From Lysobacteraceae bacterium (lineage in GTDB: Bacteria > Bdellovibrionota > UBA1018 > JAGTJX01), in contig JAGTJX010000004.1 of NCBI GenBank assembly GCA_023657465.1, positions 154,904 to 218,903 on the forward strand: a stretch of DNA of 64,000 nucleotides. Reading direction: 5' to 3'. Shown piece by piece: positions 57,884 to 64,000 of the stretch (position 1 is its first letter; the number at the start of each line of letters is the position of its first letter). Below the pieces are notes generated by a model, which was not told the DNA's origin, ran no database searches, and saw only the letters and a program-made list of their open reading frames with translations. The translations under genes were made by a program, and so were the position numbers.

Positions 57884-58774
57884 ATGATGAGGCATTTGCT
57901 TATTCTAGTATTATCGCTTTCTAACGCTGGCTGTATAATACCGAGACTGAAAGGGAAATCTTCGTCATCTGTATCCACAACCTATTCCGCCACTCCTACA
58001 AGTTGCGATCGAACATCAACATCTATTTCTTGCCCCTCTGGATATGTAGCTGTGCCAGGAAATTCATGTTGGGGAATAAATGATTTTTGTGTAATGCAGT
58101 TTGAAGCCAAAAATGACGGTAGCGGCAATCCTTTTAGTCAGGATGTTACAATCCCTTGGAATTCAATTACTGCTGTTGCAGCAAAGGCTAAGTGTCAAAG
58201 CTTGGGTGCTGCGTACGATTTGATTTCAAACCCAGAATGGATGGTGATTGCAAGAAACGTTGAGAAAGTGTCGATAAATTGGTCGAGCGGTGTAGTGGGC
58301 TCAGGCTGCTTGATGAGTGGTAATTGCTTGAATGGAAATGCATGCAGCTATTCTACAGGTACCTCTGACTTCGGTCCTGTTGCTGGAAGAAATTCTAAGG
58401 CATCTCTTACTCTAAGTTCAGGAAGTTTAATTTGGGACTTTTCTGGAAATCAATGGGAGTTTGTCGACTGGTATCCAGGCTGAGCGCTCGACTTTGGTCC
58501 CACCAGTTGCCCGACAGGATGGATCGAGTTTCCTGCTGCGTTAGCTGCATGCGCAGCTTTAGTGTTTGATGACGTTATGCCAGGTAACCCATCCAATCAG
58601 CTTGCATCGACTTATGACTCCACTTATAGTCTTGGACAATTTACTGGTGGCCCTGGTGGCGCTTATCGAGGAGGTGGGTTTGGTTATTCCAACTCAGGGG
58701 TTTATGCATTGGCAATGGATCATGGAGGCGGAACCAACGCCAACTATGGATTTCGTTGCGTTTATCGCCCTTGA
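57884..58774 (+). pseudogene. DUF1566/FGE-sulfatase-fold (C-type-lectin-like) lipoprotein gene interrupted by one in-frame TGA
   Basis: Track ORFs 57884..58483 and 58562..58774 share a reading frame. The only stop between them is the TGA at 58481-58483, and the intervening codons (ALDFGPTSCPTGWIEFPAALAACAAL) are protein-like. Lipobox LSNAGC; motifs GNQWEFVDW and C-terminal GFRCVYRP are typical of the family. Confidence 0.5.
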
Positions 58775-58809
58775 TAAATAATTTTTTATGACTAAGAAAA
58801 AAGAAATCT

Positions 58810-58880
58810 CTAAATAACGTTCCAAATTTTGAGACCGTTTTCTATTAAGGATTTGCCAATATTTACAGTAACTTAGAAGA
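58810..58880 (+). repeat. Intergenic repeat family copy R6 (5' module only)
   Basis: AAATAACGTTCCAAATTTTGAGACCGTTTTCTATTAAGGATTTGCCAATATTTACAGTAACTTAGAAG is near-identical to R3 at 20543-20610. Confidence 0.7.
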
Positions 58881-59050
58881 GCTATTCATGCCGCCGACAA
58901 GCCTAAATTGAAAGAAGGCTCTAGTGCTTACGATTACTCTGCCGCTTCTGAGTTAGGTAACAGAAAGTTTATTGCCGAGGCCATTGAAGATGCACTTTTG
59001 GATGGAGATGCAGCTCTTGAGATTCCAGAATTCGACAGGAAAGAGTCACC

Positions 59051-60250
59051 CTAAACACTCACCCCAGCAGCCCAACCTGAAGCCCAAGCCCATTGAAAGT
59101 TGTATCCACCTAGCCAGCCTGTGACATCGAGCACTTCACCAATGAAGTATAGTCCTGGTGACTTAGTGCTCTCCATCGTCTTCGATGAAACATCACGAGT
59201 ATCGACGCCACCCTTAGTGACTTCGGCTTTCACATATCCCATGGTAGTTTTAGGTTTTAATTGCCAGTGAGTGAGTGAATCACAGAACTTCTCTAAAACC
59301 TTTTCAGAGATCTCAGGTAGCGTCTTGCCACTGAGTCCATCTCTCTCGCAAAGCTGTTCTGCCAAGCGTGATGGAATGATCTGTCCTAATACATTCTTAA
59401 TGAGCGACTTATTCCCAGCTTTCTTCTCAGAGAGACACCACTCAAGTGGATCTAATTCAGGAGAGAGGTTGATCTCGATCTCCTCTCCATGAGTCCAATG
59501 GAGTGAGCCTTGGAGTGCTGCAGGCCCACTGAGACCAGAATGTGTGAATAAAATGTTCTCACGGAACGAGAGATCTCCAGCAGTGAGGATACAATCAACA
59601 GAGACTCCCGCAAGCTTCGTGAAGAAGGATGATTCTGCACCAAACGTGAATCCATCGAGCGCAGGCTTCGTCTCAACAATCTTATGCCCAAACTGACGAG
59701 CTATATCGTACCCAAGTCCAGTGGCACCTAACTTAGGAAGCGATAGCCCACCTGTAGCAATCACGAGTGAGTGGGTGAGATAGATGCCTTGAGAGGTTTC
59801 CACTCTGTAGCGATTTACAGAGTCGTCCTTCAAGTGCTCTACTTTCAGAATTTTATTCTCGAGATGAAACTCTGCTCCTGCTTTCTCGGTTTCGTTTTTC
59901 AGCATTGCAATGATCTCGCGTGCAGAGACGTCGCAGAAGAGTTGACCCAATTTTTTCTCATGGAACTTGATTCGGTGCTTGGTCACCATCGCGATGAAGT
60001 CATCAGGGGTGTAGCGAGAAAGTGCAGACTTACAAAAGTGTTCATTCTTCGAAACGTAGTTGGCGGGAGATGCGCCGATATTAGTGAAGTTACAACGACC
60101 GCCACCTGAGATGAGGATCTTGCCACCGACTTGATCCTTATGATCGATGAGGATGACTGACTTGCCGCGAGCGCCAGCATGAATCGCGCACATCATTCCA
60201 GCGCCACCTGCGCCTAGAATTAAAACATCAGAACGAAAGTCATGCCCCAT
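59051..60250 (-). CDS. HI0933/YhiN/BaiN-family NAD(P)/FAD-dependent flavoprotein
   Basis: [14 protein letters not shown] dinucleotide-binding motif and a family-typical C-terminus. The start was moved to MGHDF at 60250. Confidence 0.8.
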   Translation of the reverse strand: MGHDFRSDVLILGAGGAGMMCAIHAGARGKSVILIDHKDQVGGKILISGGGRCNFTNIGASPANYVSKNEHFCKSALSRYTPDDFIAMVTKHRIKFHEKKLGQLFCDVSAREIIAMLKNETEKAGAEFHLENKILKVEHLKDDSVNRYRVETSQGIYLTHSLVIATGGLSLPKLGATGLGYDIARQFGHKIVETKPALDGFTFGAESSFFTKLAGVSVDCILTAGDLSFRENILFTHSGLSGPAALQGSLHWTHGEEIEINLSPELDPLEWCLSEKKAGNKSLIKNVLGQIIPSRLAEQLCERDGLSGKTLPEISEKVLEKFCDSLTHWQLKPKTTMGYVKAEVTKGGVDTRDVSSKTMESTKSPGLYFIGEVLDVTGWLGGYNFQWAWASGWAAGVSV

Positions 60251-60749
60251 GACATTTTTTGAATTTTTTGCCGCTATCGCAGTGACAAGGATCGTTTCTT
60301 CCGATTTTAGGTTCTTCGCGCACGATAGGTTTCTGTGACTCGTGATGATGATGACCTTGGCCTTCTTCGTGCACGTGCGAATCACCGTCGACGAAGTACC
60401 ATTTGCCGCTTGCCGCATCTTTTCTGAACTCTGCGACTTCGTGATGTTCAATCGTCTTACCTTGAGCCTTATACGTGGCATTGAATTCAACCGTGTTGCC
60501 CTTAGTTTTTAAGATCTTAAGCCCCAACCACTCAGAGTTCTTCGCCCATTCACGTACGTCCTTCTCTACGAACTCTCCACGCTTCTCTGGAGCTGTGGAC
60601 TCTTTCAGAAACGGTACGTTCACTACGACGTGAGCAGAGTATCTGGCTCGCATGAGTGCTTCTGCGCTAGGAGCTAGTTCTTTCTGAGTTACATAAGGTT
60701 CGCAGCATTCAGAGTAAGGTTTTGTGTTTCCGCAATAACAGTTGTTCAA
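60240..60749 (-). CDS. ychJ: YchJ-family (UPF0225) protein with SEC-C motifs
   Basis: N-terminal [13 protein letters not shown] and C-terminal SEC-C motif [17 protein letters not shown], with a His-rich segment. Confidence 0.8.
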   Translation of the reverse strand: MNNCYCGNTKPYSECCEPYVTQKELAPSAEALMRARYSAHVVVNVPFLKESTAPEKRGEFVEKDVREWAKNSEWLGLKILKTKGNTVEFNATYKAQGKTIEHHEVAEFRKDAASGKWYFVDGDSHVHEEGQGHHHHESQKPIVREEPKIGRNDPCHCDSGKKFKKCHGA

Positions 60750-61769
60750 TTAGACCGCCAATTCAGCTGAGATCTCTAAGTATTGTTTGGTAATTGTTTT
60801 TTTCTTTGAGATCACTTTTGTAAAAGGAACAAAAACAATTTGGTTATTCTCTAGTCCAACTATGACGTTTTTTAAACCATGAATCGCAGCGTGTACTGAG
60901 TAAGCGCCGAGAGTAGAAGCTAAGAACCGATCATGAGCTGAAGGAGCTCCGCCACGTTGGATGTGTCCTAGGATCGCTACTTTTGCTGAGTAGCCTTTCT
61001 TCTCGAACTGCTTCGCAATCTCTGTTGCGTTTCCACCACGGTAGCCTTCAGCGACGACGATGATGCTGGAGAGCTTACCTCGTTTAATTCCGCGGTCGAT
61101 AGACTTGCAGATAGAGCCAAATGGAACTTTGTACTCTGGAATGAGGATCGTCTCAGCTCCACCGCAGATGCCTACTTGGAGTGCTATGAATCCGGCATGT
61201 TTCCCCATGACTTCAACGATGAAGAGTCTATCGTGAGAACTCGCGGTGTCTCTGATACGATCAATGGCTTCAAGCGCAGTGTTCACTGAAGTGTCAAACC
61301 CAATGGTGTCGTCTGAACCGAAGATGTCATTGTCGATGGTTCCAGGAAGACCAATGCAGTTGATGCCGAACTCCTTTGAGAGGAGGTGCGCTCCTGCAAA
61401 CGAACCATCTCCACCGATGACTACAAGAGTATCGATCTTGTGTGCTTTCAAAACTTTTGCGGCTTGCGCGCGACCCGTGCGGTGGAAGAACTCAGGACAG
61501 CGTGAAGTCTTAAGAACAGTTCCACCTCGTTGAATGATATTTGCAACAGACGATGCATTCATAGGAGCGAGTTTGCCTTCGAGAAGTCCTGCGTAACCGC
61601 GTGAGATGCCGAATACTTCGAGATTATTTGCGACAGCGGTTCTCACGACTGCGCGGATAGCAGCGTTCATACCTGGAGCGTCTCCTCCACTACAGAGAAC
61701 AGCGATACGTGCGATGGGTTTCTTGCTTCGAGACTTCAGGTTTTGGCTTGGGAGTCTAAACATGGACAT
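60750..61769 (-). CDS. pfkA: ATP-dependent 6-phosphofructokinase
   Basis: CSGGDAPGMNAAIR and GGDGS motifs. Confidence 0.9.
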   Translation of the reverse strand: MSMFRLPSQNLKSRSKKPIARIAVLCSGGDAPGMNAAIRAVVRTAVANNLEVFGISRGYAGLLEGKLAPMNASSVANIIQRGGTVLKTSRCPEFFHRTGRAQAAKVLKAHKIDTLVVIGGDGSFAGAHLLSKEFGINCIGLPGTIDNDIFGSDDTIGFDTSVNTALEAIDRIRDTASSHDRLFIVEVMGKHAGFIALQVGICGGAETILIPEYKVPFGSICKSIDRGIKRGKLSSIIVVAEGYRGGNATEIAKQFEKKGYSAKVAILGHIQRGGAPSAHDRFLASTLGAYSVHAAIHGLKNVIVGLENNQIVFVPFTKVISKKKTITKQYLEISAELAV

Positions 61770-61804
61770 AGGTTGTCACATGTTACAGTCCCATCCGTTT
61801 TTCT

Positions 61805-62296
61805 TCAAATGTTATGGTAGGGGTGACCGCTTAAAATACTCATAGCTCGGTAGAGTTGTTCACTGAGGATTACACGAGCTAATTCATGAGAGGTGGTCTG
61901 TGGTCCTAAGTTCACACACCAATCTGCTTTTGTACGCAGTTCGTCTAAAAACCCTAAGCTACCACCAATGCAGAAAACAAGTTCTGGCACAGATGAATCT
62001 TGGTAGCTTTCGATTTTTTTAGCCCATCCTTCAGAGGGTAGAGATTTTCCACGTTCATCTAGAAGTACAATCTTCGCTCTGGGGGAGCAGACCTTTGCAA
62101 TTTTTTCTTCTAGTCTTTTGGCTTCGTCGGTTTTGATTTTGAGAGATGCGGCTTGAGACTTTTCAGTGACTTCGGTGGGTTTTAATTCAACCTCTTGAAA
62201 CTCGCAGTAGTGGGAAAGTTTCTTGTTATAAACATCACAAGCTTCTCTGAGCCCCGGTGTTTTTAATTTCCCAAAAACAATGAGAGTGATCTTCAA
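61805..62296 (-). CDS. rlmH: 23S rRNA (pseudouridine1915-N3)-methyltransferase RlmH
   Basis: SPOUT-fold RlmH family size and motifs. Confidence 0.9.
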   Translation of the reverse strand: MKITLIVFGKLKTPGLREACDVYNKKLSHYCEFQEVELKPTEVTEKSQAASLKIKTDEAKRLEEKIAKVCSPRAKIVLLDERGKSLPSEGWAKKIESYQDSSVPELVFCIGGSLGFLDELRTKADWCVNLGPQTTSHELARVILSEQLYRAMSILSGHPYHNI

Positions 62297-62307
62297 AGCG
62301 GGAGTCT

Positions 62308-62766
62308 TTAGTTAATTTCGGAACCCGATGGACCGTAGAATTCTGGTGGCACAACCACTCTACGAGCAGATTCCCAGAGGTTATCAATGCCGTAGTAATC
62401 GCGGATCGCACTTAAGAAAATATGCACAACGATATCGCCGTAATCCATGAGTACCCAGCGACCCTCTGAGCTGCCTTCGATAGTGAGGGCTTTCATTCCT
62501 TGTTCCTTCATCATTTTGTCGATGTTGGTGCAAAGAGCTTGAACTTGTTTTTCGTTTGATCCGCTACAGATCACGAAGAAGTCGGAGAATGCGTTCATGT
62601 CCGTTAAGTCTAAAATTTTGAGGCGTTCACATTTCTTGTCGATCGATGCTTTGGCGCATGCGAGTGCCTTGAGTAATGATCGCTCATGCTCAGGTGGGTA
62701 AGTGAATGGTTTGCCTTCTTTAGTTGTAATTGTCGTCATACTCATGAGATCAGATCTTGGTACCAT
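62308..62766 (-). CDS. rsfS: Ribosomal silencing factor RsfS (Iojap)
   Basis: Iojap-family core (ILDLTDMNAFSDFFVICSGSNEKQVQAL...VVHIF). Confidence 0.85.
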   Translation of the reverse strand: MVPRSDLMSMTTITTKEGKPFTYPPEHERSLLKALACAKASIDKKCERLKILDLTDMNAFSDFFVICSGSNEKQVQALCTNIDKMMKEQGMKALTIEGSSEGRWVLMDYGDIVVHIFLSAIRDYYGIDNLWESARRVVVPPEFYGPSGSEIN

Positions 62767-63352
62767 AGAGGTGGTGCTTCATCAAGCAGTCTTTAACACG
62801 CTGCGAAGTCATTTTTTCGTTAATTTTCCCTGTTTTTTCAATGTCTTGGCGAACCTGACTCGACGAAATCTCGGGGGATTCTGTTTTATAGAAGATGAGC
62901 TCTGTACCTAATCTCAAGCCATAGTGGTTCTGGCCACTAAAGGGATGTCCCTCTCGTTCAAACACCACCCAATGACAGAGCTTCAAAACCGCTGGGAAGT
63001 GATCCCATGAATCAATCTGATTCCACTGATCGCTACCCACGCACATCGTTAGAGGCGATCCGGCAGATCGAAGCTCTTGGAGGGTTTCCCAAGTGGTGGT
63101 TCTCATCTGTGTTGAGGCAGCTCGCTTCACTTCAATATCTCTTACAGAGATTCTAGGATCTAATCCCTCAAACGCTGCACGAGCGAGTTCCAGGCGCACA
63201 GAACCTGCAGTTGAAGTTGTTTTATTGAGATAGGGCTGACCTGTAGGGATGATCCAGAGTTCCTTGAAGTTGAATCTCTCGAGTAGTTCCTTAGCTAAAA
63301 ATTCATGACCTAAGTGTGGAGGATCAAATGTTCCACCGAGAATGGCGATCAC
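62750..63352 (-). CDS. nadD: Nicotinate-nucleotide adenylyltransferase
   Basis: ILGGTFDPPHLGH motif. This is the canonical cytoplasmic copy, sitting in the conserved obg-nadD-rsfS-rlmH block. Confidence 0.9.
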   Translation of the reverse strand: MIAILGGTFDPPHLGHEFLAKELLERFNFKELWIIPTGQPYLNKTTSTAGSVRLELARAAFEGLDPRISVRDIEVKRAASTQMRTTTWETLQELRSAGSPLTMCVGSDQWNQIDSWDHFPAVLKLCHWVVFEREGHPFSGQNHYGLRLGTELIFYKTESPEISSSQVRQDIEKTGKINEKMTSQRVKDCLMKHHLYGTKI

Positions 63353-63355
63353 GAC

Positions 63356-64000
63356 TTAGCCCCCTCGTTTTTTTGTTTTTCTATTCTTAGCGCTTTCGCG
63401 TTTGATGAGTTGATCGGGCATGAGGGTGACTTTCTTGTCACGACCGGATTGCTGTTTTACAAACTGAACTTCACGGTAAATGAGTGTCTTCAGTGTTTCG
63501 ATCCCAACACCATCGAGACCAGAAACGAGGAACGGCTCTTCTTTTAAGATTCCACCTTCACGCACTTTCATGAGTTTCTTGCGGAATAACGATGCAGCGT
63601 CTTCGACCATTTTGGCATCTTCACGGAACAGATCGGTCTTATTGATCACGATCACTTCTGGCTTGTTTAAAAGGTTTTTCTCGAAGAGTTCGAGCTCTTT
63701 ACGGATGGAAGTGTAGTTGTACATCATTCCGTCTACCGCTTCTTCGCAGGTGTCATAAGAGAGAATGTGAGTGGCATCTAAGACATGCATAAAGAGCGAG
63801 CAGCGTTCGACGTGTTTTAAGAATTTAGTGCCTAGGCCTTCACCCCTGTGTGCCCCTTCTATGAGTCCCGGAATATCAGCTACGACATAACTCTGATAAT
63901 CCGCGACGGATACAACGCCCAAGTTAGGAACGAGAGTGGTGAAAGGATAATCAGCGACTTTAGGTCTAGCAGCACTCATTTTTGAAATGAGAGTGGACTT
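63356..64000 (-). CDS. obg: GTPase Obg, partial (N-terminus beyond the window end)
   Basis: The GTPase-domain portion (G boxes NKTD etc.) and C-terminal region are present. The track ORF begins at an internal Met, and the true start lies past 64000. Confidence 0.9.
   Translation of the reverse strand, partial: KSTLISKMSAARPKVADYPFTTLVPNLGVVSVADYQSYVVADIPGLIEGAHRGEGLGTKFLKHVERCSLFMHVLDATHILSYDTCEEAVDGMMYNYTSIRKELELFEKNLLNKPEVIVINKTDLFREDAKMVEDAASLFRKKLMKVREGGILKEEPFLVSGLDGVGIETLKTLIYREVQFVKQQSGRDKKVTLMPDQLIKRESAKNRKTKKRGG

Noticed and set aside
58481-58483. In-frame TGA as selenocysteine or an alternative genetic code
   Set aside because: TGA is used as a normal stop in glmS and uvrD in this window; FGE/DUF1566 is not a selenoprotein family; no convincing SECIS hairpin follows.
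17551-58880. CRISPR array interpretation of the repeats
   Set aside because: Copies are kilobases apart, imperfect and not separated by uniform spacers, and no cas genes are present.

Overview
This 64 kb window is a bacterial chromosomal segment using the standard genetic code; TGA is an ordinary stop in glmS and uvrD. Gene content (many lipoproteins and secreted hydrolases, a clostripain-like C11 peptidase, a phytochelatin-synthase-like peptidase) hints at a Bdellovibrio-like predatory proteobacterium, but this is a low-confidence guess from gene content only. The housekeeping backbone includes recA, pgpA, tatD, dksA, glmU-glmS, uvrD/pcrA, valS, the plsB-like/gpsA pair, hpt, tatA, murJ, an MltD-like transglycosylase, lysC, an ABC-F ATPase, pfkA and the rlmH-rsfS-nadD-obg block. 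Interspersed are accessory cassettes that look AT-rich by eye (not computed). I annotated 70 CDS plus promoters, operators, terminators and repeats; no rRNA, tRNA or CRISPR array was found. The most notable signal is a previously unannotated family of about 90-170 nt intergenic repeats in six copies. Four copies share the 16-mer core TACC(G/T)GATTAAATGGA and a hairpin showing covariation; two carry only a 5' module. The repeats sit at the boundaries of accessory cassettes and in two cases flank minus-strand secreted-protein genes as direct repeats. Other candidates: an XRE-HTH/minimal-nucleotidyltransferase pair and a BrnT/BrnA pair, both leaderless with palindromic operators over the promoter. 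A 44-codon membrane-peptide ORF has its strong Shine-Dalgarno locked in a perfect 8-bp hairpin (type I toxin-like). A secreted-lipoprotein NadD paralog is coupled to a UbiA-like membrane protein. A COG1373 ATPase gene has its ATG inside a perfect 18-bp inverted repeat. A G10 homopolymer sits in a promoter spacer. A RAYT/IS200-like HuH protein carries a DnaA-type HTH. A DUF1566 lipoprotein gene has a single in-frame TGA.
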